Source: a virus. Taken from it: a stretch of 64,000 nucleotides of DNA. The DNA is taken from IMG/VR virus record IMGVR_UViG_3300020601_000005; one strand, 5' to 3'. The notes below the pieces were generated by a model. That model did no database searches. It had not been told where the DNA came from and saw only the letters and a list, made by a program, of their open reading frames with translations. Below, in pieces: positions 53,720 to 64,000 of the stretch (its first letter is position 1; the number at the start of each line of letters is the position of its first letter). Made by a program: the position numbers and the translations under genes.

Positions 53720-56578
53720 ATGACCGGAACAGTAATCAAGATTAAGTATAGTACCGTAACAGCCCAACCGGCAGACGATACATTAGAAATTGCAGAATTA
53801 GCGTATTCCTATATATCAGGATCCAATACGTTATTCATTGGCGCAGATGACGGCGCTGGTGGAACTACTGCCATTAAGATTGGCGGTCAAAAATACGTAA
53901 ATTATTTAGACCATGCCAAAGGCACACTAACCGCTAGTGCAGCAATCCTGGTAGACTCCAATAAGTGGGTCGATGAGATCATCACTGGAGGATTAACACT
54001 AACAACTTCTGGTGGTTCGGGTACTCAAAAGGTTACTTCAATCAGTACGGAAATCGACGGGACTTCCACAAACGGTCAGCTAATTACTGCTCTTGCCGTT
54101 AAGAACTACGTTGATACTACCGCAGCAGCAGTTGATCTTGGTGAACTAAATGACGTTACGATCACTAATGCCACCGGCGCTCAGATTCTTTTATACGATA
54201 GCATTAACAGCGAATGGGTAAACCGTGGTTTATCTGGTGATGTTACTATCAACGAAAGTGGCGTTGCAGATATTGCAGCAACTGGCGTTACTACTGGTTC
54301 CTTTGGTTCGGCCACATCTATTCCAACATTTACTGTTGCCGCTGACGGTCGATTGACTGCCGCTGGTTCTGTTAATGTTGCAACAAGTTTAAATGTTCGT
54401 GGTGATGATTTAACTACCACGACAGTAGATCTTTTAACTGATACACTTTCTATCGGTGGTGGCACTGGTATTAGTACAACCACTAGCGCAGATAAAATTA
54501 CCGTTAAGTTAAATGACACTTCAGTTATTGCTGGGGCATATGGTTCTACTAGTGCTATCCCAACTTTCACGGTTGATCAACAGGGTCGTTTGACTTCTGC
54601 TGGTAGTGTATCCATTACAACATCATTGAGTATCCAGGGTGATACAGGCACTGATACTGTATCACTTGCCAATGATACGTTAGACTTTGCTGGCGGAGTT
54701 GCTTTAACCAGTAGTGTTACTGATAATGTAGTAACATATAACTTAGTTAATACTTCGGTTACTGCAGGTGCTTATGGTTCAGCGACAACCATACCAACAT
54801 TTACCGTTGATGCGCAAGGTCGTTTAACTGCTGCAGGAAGCGCATTAGTTTCTACAACCACATCATACGCTGGCGATAGTGGCTTAGGTAATATTACTAC
54901 TGGCAGTGCACTAACAATTGCTGGTGGAGTTGGTCTAACAACTGAATACGATACCGGTACATTAACAGTTGATCTAGATAATACAGCTGTAACTGCTGGA
55001 TCTTACGGTAATGCAACAACCATACCAACGTTTACAGTTGATGCACAAGGTCGTTTAACTGCCGCTGGAACTGTGCTTGTTTCAACTACTACTTCTATTG
55101 CCGGTGATACTGGTTCAGGTAGTGTTGCAACAGGAAGTGCAATCACTTTTGCCGGTGGAACTGGTTTAACTACTGATTGGGACACAAATAACGATACGTT
55201 GACAGTCACACTAGATGATACCGCAGTTACTGCTGGTACATATGGTGCGGCCACGACGATTCCTCAATTTACTGTTGATGCTCAAGGTCGTATTACAAAT
55301 GCAACCACGGTAAGCATTAATGCTAACTCATATGGAACGTTCTCGGTCGATCAGGCCGGCACATTCACTTGGGCAGATTCTGGTACTACTGTTGCTTCCG
55401 GTAATGCCGATACAGTTAGATTTGTTTCTGGTGAGGGTATCAACCTATGGGTAGATGGTACCAATGATGCAGTTAAGTTTGATAACACCGGCGTTCTTTC
55501 GAATGTTGCTGGTACTCATATTACCGTTTCTAGCTCAACCGGCAACGTAACAATTGGTACTGATGCCACTTCAGCAAATACTGTATCAACAATTGTTGCC
55601 CGAGATGCTTCTGGTGACTTTGCTTCTAATAAAGCAACATTAAATGAATTGCAAGTTGATGATATTAATATCAACGGCAATGTTATTTCAACGACCACTA
55701 CTGATGAAAATCTTCAGTTGACCGCTAACGGTGATGGTATTGTTGAAATTACTTCAGATACCAATATTACTGGTGGTCTTACTATCACCGGCGATTTGAC
55801 TGTAACTGGTACATCTACTCAGATTAATGTACAAGAATTGGTGGTTGAAGACCCGATCATTTACTTAGCGTCTGCTCAAACTCCTGGCGTTGATACAACA
55901 ACCGATATCGGTTTTGTTGGAAACTATATCTCTGGTGGTGTTTATGCTCACACAGGTTTGGTACGTCATACGGCAGACGGCATTTGGTATCTATTTGACC
56001 AATACACGCCAGAAGTTGACGAGAATGGTAACGTTGTAGATATTGCAGATGCATCGTTTAACATTGCATCACTTAATGCTAACGTTGTTGGTACACTTAC
56101 TGGTGTCGCTGAAACAGCCACTAAACTTCTAAACTTACGTACAATCTCACTATCAGGTGATGTCGTTGGTTCATTAGAATTTGACGGTAGTGCTGATGCA
56201 AATATGGCTGTCACAATCCAGCCAAACTCAGTAGCCCTAGGAACAGATACTACAGGCAACTATGTTGCAACACTTGCCTCATCTAACGGTGGTCTAACAG
56301 TTACTGATTCTGGTTCAGAATCTTCTGCAGTTTCAATTGAACTTGATACCACAAATTCTACATTCACCAATGGTGCAAAAGATGCATTTGGTGCAAGTAT
56401 TAATGGCGGAACATACACCAACATTGCACTTTCATACAATACCGGAACTAAAGTTGTCACTGGATCAGTCAATACTGCCACAACAGCCGTTAAAGGTATT
56501 GCATCGTTTAGTGCTGATAATTTCACCGTCACTTCAGGCGTAGTAACTGTTTCTAGAATTGAAGGTGGAACGTTCTAA
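53720..56578 (+). CDS. Long fibre protein with five repeats
   Basis: N-terminal IKIK.S...P...L...ELAY motif; (G.YG....IP.FTVD.QGR.T.A) x5; VEDP.I.L; ends EGGTF. Confidence 0.85.
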   Translation: MTGTVIKIKYSTVTAQPADDTLEIAELAYSYISGSNTLFIGADDGAGGTTAIKIGGQKYVNYLDHAKGTLTASAAILVDSNKWVDEIITGGLTLTTSGGSGTQKVTSISTEIDGTSTNGQLITALAVKNYVDTTAAAVDLGELNDVTITNATGAQILLYDSINSEWVNRGLSGDVTINESGVADIAATGVTTGSFGSATSIPTFTVAADGRLTAAGSVNVATSLNVRGDDLTTTTVDLLTDTLSIGGGTGISTTTSADKITVKLNDTSVIAGAYGSTSAIPTFTVDQQGRLTSAGSVSITTSLSIQGDTGTDTVSLANDTLDFAGGVALTSSVTDNVVTYNLVNTSVTAGAYGSATTIPTFTVDAQGRLTAAGSALVSTTTSYAGDSGLGNITTGSALTIAGGVGLTTEYDTGTLTVDLDNTAVTAGSYGNATTIPTFTVDAQGRLTAAGTVLVSTTTSIAGDTGSGSVATGSAITFAGGTGLTTDWDTNNDTLTVTLDDTAVTAGTYGAATTIPQFTVDAQGRITNATTVSINANSYGTFSVDQAGTFTWADSGTTVASGNADTVRFVSGEGINLWVDGTNDAVKFDNTGVLSNVAGTHITVSSSTGNVTIGTDATSANTVSTIVARDASGDFASNKATLNELQVDDININGNVISTTTTDENLQLTANGDGIVEITSDTNITGGLTITGDLTVTGTSTQINVQELVVEDPIIYLASAQTPGVDTTTDIGFVGNYISGGVYAHTGLVRHTADGIWYLFDQYTPEVDENGNVVDIADASFNIASLNANVVGTLTGVAETATKLLNLRTISLSGDVVGSLEFDGSADANMAVTIQPNSVALGTDTTGNYVATLASSNGGLTVTDSGSESSAVSIELDTTNSTFTNGAKDAFGASINGGTYTNIALSYNTGTKVVTGSVNTATTAVKGIASFSADNFTVTSGVVTVSRIEGGTF

Positions 56579-56585
56579 AATATGA

Positions 56586-56593
56586 TATAAATA
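56586..56593 (+). promoter_or_regulatory. T4-type late promoter
   Basis: Intergenic TATAAATA. Confidence 0.8.
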
Positions 56594-56615
56594 TATGTAA
56601 GTAATTTGTTGAAAC

Positions 56616-56643
56616 AAAAGGGGTTCTCTTTAGAACCCCTCTT
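56616..56643. other. Stem-loop in leader of late transcript
   Basis: GGGGTTCT-CTTT-AGAACCCC; U-tract weak on +, stronger on -. Confidence 0.6.
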
Positions 56644-56659
56644 ATAAGGTCAATACCTA

Positions 56660-57157
56660 ATGGCAACCAGTATTATACATAAGAAGTCTTCCGTTCCTGG
56701 GAAGATTCCATCAACTACTCAGCTCGAGTATGGTGAACTTGCCGTAAACACGGCAGACGGCACGATTAGCCTCAAAAATGATCCAGGTACAGGTGAACAA
56801 ATCACCACGATTTATTCCGCAACGGAAAATACAATCGCAATCGATACCACCGGATACTCAAACTCCACAGCATCAACTTTAAAAGACGTACTAGACGATC
56901 TAGACGGAGCAATATCCAATGTTACTAGTGGAGGAGTCGTAGTAGACCCTAATAGTATCTTGGGAAGTGGAACTGCAATCGATCCGTATTATGTAACACT
57001 AGACTCTGTGCTGTCTGCAGGTAATACCACACAATCAAATTTAACGGTTAATGACTTAACGGTCGAAGGAACATTTACCGTTGATGGTATATCAGTTACA
57101 CAGATTGACGGCGCAACTCTAGATGATATCGTTGCGCTCAGTATAGCCTTAGGATAA
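56660..57157 (+). CDS. Fibre adaptor protein (Mtd-N-like N-terminus)
   Basis: KKSSV.GK.P....L.YGELA.N.ADG; ends ALSIALG. Confidence 0.75.
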   Translation: MATSIIHKKSSVPGKIPSTTQLEYGELAVNTADGTISLKNDPGTGEQITTIYSATENTIAIDTTGYSNSTASTLKDVLDDLDGAISNVTSGGVVVDPNSILGSGTAIDPYYVTLDSVLSAGNTTQSNLTVNDLTVEGTFTVDGISVTQIDGATLDDIVALSIALG

Positions 57158-57164
57158 TATAAAC

Positions 57165-57503
57165 ATGGCAAATAAATTTAAACTTCATACATTTGACGGT
57201 TCTTCTACGTTTGCAAATACGCAGATGGCAGTATATACCGCACCAGCATTAACTACTACAGTTGTTATAGGCTTAACGATAAGCAATATTACACAAGCAA
57301 CTTTAGTGTATATTGATGTAAAAGTAAATAACGTCGATGGTGATCAAGTATTTTTAGTTAAGGGCGCGCCTGTTCCTCAAGGCGGTTCGATTGAAATCAT
57401 GTCGGGAAACAAGATAACACTGGAAGAAGGTGATGGCATCTTGGTATATTCAGATACAGCATCATCAATAGATACAATCGTAAGCGTAATGGAGCAGTCA
57501 TAA
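57165..57503 (+). CDS. Small beta-rich structural protein
   Basis: MANKFK, YT.P...T..VIG and KI.LE.GD motifs. Confidence 0.75.
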   Translation: MANKFKLHTFDGSSTFANTQMAVYTAPALTTTVVIGLTISNITQATLVYIDVKVNNVDGDQVFLVKGAPVPQGGSIEIMSGNKITLEEGDGILVYSDTASSIDTIVSVMEQS

Positions 57504-57504
57504 T

Positions 57505-60500
57505 ATGGCACAATATATCGGTAATTCACCAGCAAATATTCTCTTACAAACTAAGAGACAGACATTTACTTACATTGCTACTGCTGGTCAAACAATTTTT
57601 TCCGGAACTGATGCGTTCTCTCAGTCCTTCGTAGCTCCATCATTAGCGCAAATATTGGTTTACGTTAATGGATCATTGATTGAACCGCATGAATATTCTA
57701 ATACAACATCCACTCTAACACTAAACGCTGGTGTTAGTGCCGGTGATACTGTAGTTGTTTTCACTGAAATAGAAGCTGCTTTAGTATCGTCGTATACTCG
57801 CGAAGAGACGTTAGATTTAATCAACTTGACTCTTTCTAGTGGATTTGATACATTATTTTCAGCAAAAGATACCGATGATCTCGCAGAAGGCACTAACCTA
57901 TACTATACCGACGCTAGAGCGCAAGGTGCTATCTCAACAGATGCAACACTATCATATTCAGATGGTGTAGTTTCTATGCCTCTATCTGGCGTTACTGCCG
58001 GGGAATATGGTTCTGCAAGTACAGTTCCTGTTATTACAGTTGATGCTCAGGGTCGCATTACATCCGCATCTACGACCAATGTTGCTGGAGTTAGCGGGTT
58101 CTCATATGTACCTTCAACTAACACATATACTATCACAACTTCAGCCGGAACTAGTTTCGATGCTACTGGTGATTTAACTTCATTCGATACTGGTGATCTT
58201 GCAGAAGGCACTAACTTATATTATACTGATGCGCGTATTAACGATTTCCTTGCCACCAATGGATACGATTCTGCCATTGCTGCCAAAATTAACTCAGCTG
58301 ATTTTACTTCAACAGCAGATACTTGGATTAATACTAAAAATTCTGACGTCCTCGATGAAGGCGTTACTAATTTATACTATACGGATACACGAGTTGGTGA
58401 TTACCTTGACAACAATGGATATGATACTGCGGCAAATATTGTAGCGTCAATCGTAGACACTGCTCCTACTACACTAGATACTCTAAACGAACTTGCGGCA
58501 GCTTTGGGCGATGACCCTAACTTTGCAACTAGTATCAGTGATGCTATCGGATTGAAGGCTAACACTGCTGATTTAGGAACTGCCGCAGCACAAAATGTTG
58601 AATACTTTGCAACTGCTGCTCAAGGTACTCTTGCTGATAGTGCATTGCAATCAGTTGCATTTACTGATCTTACAACAACTCCAACGACAATCTCTGGATA
58701 CGGTATTACTGATGCGTTCGATGGTGCTTATGCAAGTTTAACTGGCGTTCCTACTTTAGGAACAGCTTCTGCTGAAAATGTAGAATACTTTGCCAGCGCA
58801 GCGCAAGGTGCATTGGCGGATAGCGCATTGCAATCAGTTGCATTTGCAGATCTTACTTCAACCCCAACGACACTTGCAGGATATGGTATCACTGATGCAT
58901 TTGATGGTGCATATTCAAGTCTAACAGGTACTCCGACGACACTTGCAGGATATGGTATTACTGATGCTCCAGCATCATTGACTGATCTTGGAATCACAGA
59001 TGGTACTATTGGTCAGATCCTCACCACTGACGGAGCTGGTGGATTTACATTCGAAGATGCTGCAGAACCTTTAGTAGTTTCAGGTACTGCACCAGCATCA
59101 CCAGAAGAAGGTGCATTGTGGTTTGATAATGTCACTACTGGTCAACTCTACGCATATGTAGGTACTTCATGGTTGTCAACAGCTGGATTGACAACGTTAA
59201 GCTTCTCAAGTGTTGGTGATCTATCTGATGTAGATATTACGACATCTACTCCAACTGCAGGACAAGCGTTAGTTTGGGATGCAGTAAATTCTAAGTTTAT
59301 TCCAGGAGAGTCTTTCAGTCAATCTGATTTTAATACCGCATTTGCAGCTAATAGCACAGATGATTTGGATGAAGGTACGACTAACCTATACTATACGGAT
59401 ACTCGTGCAGACGCTAGAATTACTCTTGCATCTAGTAATTATGCCACCGCTGCGCAGGGTGTATTAGCAGATACTGCTTTACAGACAGTCGCATTTGCGG
59501 ATCTCACGACAACTCCAACCACGATCGCTGGTTATGGTATCACTGATGCCTTTGATGGTGCGTACTCAAGTCTGACTGGCACTCCAACCACGATCGCTGG
59601 TTATGGTATCACTGATGCCTTTGATGGTGCGTATTCAAGTTTAACTGGCACTCCAACTTTAGGAACAGCTTCTGCTGAAAATGTCGAATACTTTGCTACA
59701 GCTGCTCAAGGCGCTTTGGCAGATACTGCTTTACAGACAGCTGATTTAACTGGTTATGCCACTGAAACATTCGTGAATAACGCAGTAGCTGCAAAAGATA
59801 ATACAGACGAGATTACAGAAGGCACGACTAACCTATACTATACAGATGCACGCGTCGAGACAAAGATTGATGCATATGTAACTGGTGGAACTGGTGTTAC
59901 AGTTACATCTGGCGAAATCGCAATTGGTCAAGACGTTGCAACTACTGCTGACGTTATCTTCAACGACATTTCTGCCAACGGAAACGTTGTTATTGACGGC
60001 AACTTAACTGTTTCTGGCACAACTGTTACTATCAATGCTACCGACCTTGCCGTTGAAGATAACATGATATATCTCAACTCAGGTAGTGCCGTTGCCAATC
60101 CTGATCTTGGTATTGCTGGTAACTATAATGATGGTACATACGCACATGCAGGCGTCTTCCGCGATGCTACTGATGGAGTATGGAAGTTCTATGATGGATA
60201 CACACTAGAACCAGATGCATCTGTTTTCATTGACACATCACATGCCTCATTCAATTTAGCATCAGTTCAGGCAAGTTCTTTTATTGGCGATGTTACTGGC
60301 ACAGTTTCATCTTTATCTAATCATACCACTACAGATCTAACCGAAGGAACTAATCTTTATTATACTGATACAAGAGTTGGTACATATCTAACAACAAACT
60401 CGTACGCGACAGAAACGTTTGTTGGTTCTGCGATCACAACTGCATCTAGTAACTACGCTACAGCTGCACAAGGTGCATTAGCAGATAGTGCACTCCAAAC

Positions 60501-62895
60501 AGTTGCTTTCGGCGACCTCACATCGACCCCAACAACATTGGCTGGATATGGTATCACGGATGCGTTTGACGGTACTTATGCAAGTTTAACTGGAGCTCCA
60601 ACTGTTCCATCTGCATTGACGGATCTTGGAATTACTGACGGTACTATCGGACAGATTCTTACTACAGACGGTGCCGGTGGATTTACATTCGAAGATTCTA
60701 CTGGCGGTGTTGTCGTATCAGCAACAGCCCCTACATCACCGGCAGAAGGTGCACTATGGTTTGATAATGTTACAACCGGCCAACTATATGCGTATGTTGG
60801 AACTTCCTGGCTATCAACTGCCGGTCTAACGACGTTAAGTTTCTCAAGTGTTGGCGATTTATCTGATGTAGATATTACTTCAGCCGCTCCTACTGATGGT
60901 CAAGCATTGGTTTGGGATAATGCCAATTCTAAGTTTATTCCTGGCGATGTTTCTGTAGACTTTACTGGTTATGCAACAGAAACATACGTTGGTACAGCAA
61001 TATCTACAGCATCTAGCAATTACGCTACAGCTGCACAAGGAACTCTTGCTGATAGTGCATTGCAAGCAGCCGATTTGACTGGATATGCTACAGAAACTTA
61101 TGTCGGTACAGCAATATCTACAGCATCTAGTAATTATGCGACTGCGGCTCAAGGTACACTTGCCGATAGCGCATTACAGGCTGCCGACCTAACTGGTTAT
61201 GCCACGGAAACATATGTTGGTACGCAGATTGCTAACTTGGTTGACACTGCGCCATCAACATTAGATACATTGAATGAGCTTGCTGCAGCATTGGGAGACG
61301 ATCCTAACTTTGCTACAACAATTACAACTTCATTGGGAGAAAAAGTAGATCTTACTGGAACTACTACTGCTGTTATTCCATTCTATTATGCAGATCAGAC
61401 ATCATTCCCAAGTGCAGCAACATATCATGGCGCCATAGCACACAGTCATGCAGATGGTGCAATGTATTTTGCGCACATGGGAACGTGGGTTGAACTTGCA
61501 AATTCAACTGATTTAGTTTCTGATGTTAGCGGATTATCCGATGTCGATCTAACAACCACACCTATCGCAGACGGAAATACTTTGGTGTGGAATGCTTCTT
61601 CTGGAACATTTATTCCAGGAGATCATGCAATCTCGGCAGTAGGTTACTCCAACGATTACGATGATCTAGATAACAAACCAACTCTATCAACAGTAGCAGG
61701 AACTGGTGACTATAATGATCTGATCAATACACCTACTGTTCCAGCTTCTATCGATGACTTGACTGATGTAGATACTTCTACATCGGCTCCTTTAGATGGT
61801 CAGTCTTTGGTTTGGAGTTCGACAACTTCTAAGTGGAGACCAGTTACCGTATCCGGTGGCACTGGTGGTGGTTCTAGTTTAGTTCCTACTCAAGACACGG
61901 CACCTGTAGGTCCTGCTGATGGTCAGTTATGGTATGACACAGACTCTGGAACATTGTTTGTATATTACGACGATGGTTCTACTGCACAATGGGTCCAGGT
62001 CGCAAACCCATCTTCTGGTGGTACTGTTTCAATTTATCTCAATGATCTACATAACGTAGACACAGAAACCAATCCTGCTGCTGATGGACAGGCATTGATT
62101 TGGGATGCTGCTAATTCCATGTGGATTCCTGGAGACTCATTCAGTGAGACTGATTTTAATACTGCATTCGGTATCAAGAGTATCGGTGGATTGGGTGATG
62201 TCGATTTAGCGACGACTCCTCCTGCAGATGGTGACACACTAGTTTGGGATGGTATCAACTCTAAGTTCGTTCCAGGAGCCGGTGGTGGCGGTGGTGGTGG
62301 TGCATCTATCACCACATCAGAGACTGCTCCTACAGAACCAGTAGAAGGTGACATGTGGTTCAACTCTGCGACATTCGCATTGTTCTTATATTATAACGAC
62401 GGTGATTCTACTCAATGGGTTCAGATCAACGATGCTGGTGGTGCTGCTGGAAATGGTCTAGTTCAGATCTCTTCCACTCCTCCTGCAAATCCTTCATCTG
62501 GTGATTTGTGGTACGACGATGCATCTACTGGAACTTTGTTGATATACAACGGCGAAGTATGGGTATCTACCGCAGATGGTGGCGGTGCTGGTAATCAATC
62601 AGGTTACTGGAGTGAAATTAATACCACTACTTTCGATGCGATCAGTGGATCTAAGTTGTTTGTGGATAGTTCTACTAATCCAGTTCAAGTTAATCTTCCT
62701 GCTAATCCTTCTATGGGTGAAGAAGTTTATATCGTTGATGCGACGGGAACTGCTGAAACAAATGCAATCACGGTGTCAAGAAACGGAAGTAAGATTCTAG
62801 GTCTTGACGAAGACTTGATCATGGATGTTAACAATGCAGCTGTTCTACTTGCATACTATAACACAACTCGTGGTTGGATCGTGTTAAGCAAATAA
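57505..62895 (+). CDS. Giant mosaic repeat fibre/virion protein
   Basis: YIGN.P and ATAGQT.F start; repeats L.EG.TNLYYTD.R, YATAAQG.LAD.ALQ, PTT.AGYGITDA, LDTLNELAAALGDD, L.DVD and G.LW.D. Confidence 0.88.
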   Translation: MAQYIGNSPANILLQTKRQTFTYIATAGQTIFSGTDAFSQSFVAPSLAQILVYVNGSLIEPHEYSNTTSTLTLNAGVSAGDTVVVFTEIEAALVSSYTREETLDLINLTLSSGFDTLFSAKDTDDLAEGTNLYYTDARAQGAISTDATLSYSDGVVSMPLSGVTAGEYGSASTVPVITVDAQGRITSASTTNVAGVSGFSYVPSTNTYTITTSAGTSFDATGDLTSFDTGDLAEGTNLYYTDARINDFLATNGYDSAIAAKINSADFTSTADTWINTKNSDVLDEGVTNLYYTDTRVGDYLDNNGYDTAANIVASIVDTAPTTLDTLNELAAALGDDPNFATSISDAIGLKANTADLGTAAAQNVEYFATAAQGTLADSALQSVAFTDLTTTPTTISGYGITDAFDGAYASLTGVPTLGTASAENVEYFASAAQGALADSALQSVAFADLTSTPTTLAGYGITDAFDGAYSSLTGTPTTLAGYGITDAPASLTDLGITDGTIGQILTTDGAGGFTFEDAAEPLVVSGTAPASPEEGALWFDNVTTGQLYAYVGTSWLSTAGLTTLSFSSVGDLSDVDITTSTPTAGQALVWDAVNSKFIPGESFSQSDFNTAFAANSTDDLDEGTTNLYYTDTRADARITLASSNYATAAQGVLADTALQTVAFADLTTTPTTIAGYGITDAFDGAYSSLTGTPTTIAGYGITDAFDGAYSSLTGTPTLGTASAENVEYFATAAQGALADTALQTADLTGYATETFVNNAVAAKDNTDEITEGTTNLYYTDARVETKIDAYVTGGTGVTVTSGEIAIGQDVATTADVIFNDISANGNVVIDGNLTVSGTTVTINATDLAVEDNMIYLNSGSAVANPDLGIAGNYNDGTYAHAGVFRDATDGVWKFYDGYTLEPDASVFIDTSHASFNLASVQASSFIGDVTGTVSSLSNHTTTDLTEGTNLYYTDTRVGTYLTTNSYATETFVGSAITTASSNYATAAQGALADSALQTVAFGDLTSTPTTLAGYGITDAFDGTYASLTGAPTVPSALTDLGITDGTIGQILTTDGAGGFTFEDSTGGVVVSATAPTSPAEGALWFDNVTTGQLYAYVGTSWLSTAGLTTLSFSSVGDLSDVDITSAAPTDGQALVWDNANSKFIPGDVSVDFTGYATETYVGTAISTASSNYATAAQGTLADSALQAADLTGYATETYVGTAISTASSNYATAAQGTLADSALQAADLTGYATETYVGTQIANLVDTAPSTLDTLNELAAALGDDPNFATTITTSLGEKVDLTGTTTAVIPFYYADQTSFPSAATYHGAIAHSHADGAMYFAHMGTWVELANSTDLVSDVSGLSDVDLTTTPIADGNTLVWNASSGTFIPGDHAISAVGYSNDYDDLDNKPTLSTVAGTGDYNDLINTPTVPASIDDLTDVDTSTSAPLDGQSLVWSSTTSKWRPVTVSGGTGGGSSLVPTQDTAPVGPADGQLWYDTDSGTLFVYYDDGSTAQWVQVANPSSGGTVSIYLNDLHNVDTETNPAADGQALIWDAANSMWIPGDSFSETDFNTAFGIKSIGGLGDVDLATTPPADGDTLVWDGINSKFVPGAGGGGGGGASITTSETAPTEPVEGDMWFNSATFALFLYYNDGDSTQWVQINDAGGAAGNGLVQISSTPPANPSSGDLWYDDASTGTLLIYNGEVWVSTADGGGAGNQSGYWSEINTTTFDAISGSKLFVDSSTNPVQVNLPANPSMGEEVYIVDATGTAETNAITVSRNGSKILGLDEDLIMDVNNAAVLLAYYNTTRGWIVLSK
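59512..59649 (+). repeat. Near-identical 69-nt tandem duplication
   Basis: Copies start at 59512 and 59581 and differ only near the 3' end. Confidence 0.9.
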
Positions 62896-62909
62896 TCTAG
62901 GATAATAAA

Positions 62910-64000
62910 ATGCCATCATATTCAAATATAGTTTCTACAGCACTAAGTTCGTCGAATGTCGCAGGAAAATCTCTGGTATTTTCCACAATCGCTCAATTAC
63001 CGCTGAGTGGAAATGAGGCGGGGTCGATAGCATATGTACAATCAAATGGCAGATTGTACATATGGAACAATGGATGGTATTCTATTGGTATCGTTAATAG
63101 TAGTCCTATCGTGACTGGTAACTATGACCCATTTACTGCATTTGAGAAAGATGGAACTCCAATTGTTTTGGAGTTAGAAGCTACTGACCCAGAAGGAATT
63201 CCATTAACTTGGTCATACTCAATTACCAAAGGATCTCTTGGGGATACCGCAACAGTTGTTCAAGATGATAATATATTCACCATAACTCCTAGTCAAAATG
63301 AATCCGATGAAGGTGAGTTTGAAATAACTTTTGCAGTGTCAGATGGAGTAGCGATTACAGCTCTTCCATTAACATTCAGATTAATCTTTAAAGATAACTG
63401 GCGTCATGGAGCTTCAGAATATGATACTACCACATACCCTAGCGGAGTACAATTTGGTGGATTGAATGAAGCTAGAGCGATGGATATAGACGGTAATAAT
63501 ATTATTATAGGCGATAGTGGTACAAGTTCAGGTGCTGGAAAGGCTTGGATATATTCCAGTGATCCATTCGTACAAGTCAGAGAATTGATCTGCCCTAGCC
63601 CAGGAGCATACACAAGCTTCGGATTTGCTACCGCAATATCTGGAGACTATTGCGCTGTGGGACAATATGGTTATAGCTCCAATTCAGGCAGAGTTTACAT
63701 ATATGATGTAGATACGGGCACGTTAATTCATACATTAGAAAATCCAAATGATTATTACACAACTGCAAATGATTATTTTGGATTTACCCTTTCATTAGAC
63801 GGTGACACGCTTGCAGTATCAGCACCTTTTGAAGATGATGCAACTAGTTCGACTAGTGGTTCAGGCAGAGTTTACATATATTCAGTTTCTTCTGGCGAAC
63901 TAGTTCATACTCTAAATAATCCCAACCCTACTGGGACTACTGTTGACGACAATTTCGGCAGAAACTTAAAGGTAACTGGTAATTATGTAATTGCATCTTC
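62910..64000 (+). CDS. 3'-truncated virion protein with Ig-like domain and FG-GAP-type propeller repeats (not in ORF track)
   Basis: ATG 62910, open to the window end: ATDPEG.P...SDG, then FG...AISGD...VG...SGRVYIY repeats. Confidence 0.82.
   Translation, partial: MPSYSNIVSTALSSSNVAGKSLVFSTIAQLPLSGNEAGSIAYVQSNGRLYIWNNGWYSIGIVNSSPIVTGNYDPFTAFEKDGTPIVLELEATDPEGIPLTWSYSITKGSLGDTATVVQDDNIFTITPSQNESDEGEFEITFAVSDGVAITALPLTFRLIFKDNWRHGASEYDTTTYPSGVQFGGLNEARAMDIDGNNIIIGDSGTSSGAGKAWIYSSDPFVQVRELICPSPGAYTSFGFATAISGDYCAVGQYGYSSNSGRVYIYDVDTGTLIHTLENPNDYYTTANDYFGFTLSLDGDTLAVSAPFEDDATSSTSGSGRVYIYSVSSGELVHTLNNPNPTGTTVDDNFGRNLKVTGNYVIAS

Noticed and set aside
54181-63613. Numerous minus-strand ORFs over the fibre genes
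   Set aside because: Shadow frames of Thr/Gly/Ala-rich + strand genes
1-64000. tRNAs, introns, inteins, homing endonucleases, recoded stop codons
   Set aside because: None recognised; core genes are uninterrupted under the standard code, though a covariance search was not run

Overview
This window is a 64 kb segment of a T4-like (myovirus-type) phage genome, AT-rich, with mostly + strand genes and no tRNA, rRNA, CRISPR, integrase or reverse transcriptase seen. It divides into five regions. (1) 1-4.8 kb is an envelope-targeted operon: a Cys-rich membrane protein, a secreted protein with 13 x 22-aa di-cysteine repeats, a thermonuclease, an EF-hand membrane protein, a TM/coiled-coil protein and a lipoprotein. 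(2) 4.8-17.8 kb is an early/accessory region of small ORFs behind repeated TGTACA-N17-TATAAT promoters. It carries a recurrent 16-bp palindromic box and encodes an AAA-type ATPase, HAD nucleotidase, DenV-like protein, PhoH, M15A peptidase, Cas4-like exonuclease, SleB-like hydrolase and ClpP-like protease. (3) 17.8-19.8 kb holds gp33, gp59 and gp32. (4) 19.8-25.6 kb is a minus-strand block: gp4, gp2, gp54-like, gp16, gp26, gp51 and tape measure. (5) 25.6-64 kb is a late baseplate/fibre block: gp48, gp53, gp27-like, gp5, PAAR, gp25, gp6, gp7, gp8, a VrlC-like protein, several fibres and chaperones, and an FG-GAP protein. The most notable observations are a U8 slippery site predicting a -1 frameshift gp26-gp51 fusion directly upstream of the tape-measure gene, the uncharacterised envelope operon, the palindromic promoter box, several apparently leaderless genes, and a gp5 carrying both a GH19 and an M15-peptidase domain. 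All calls rest on motif recognition and gene order; no searches were run.
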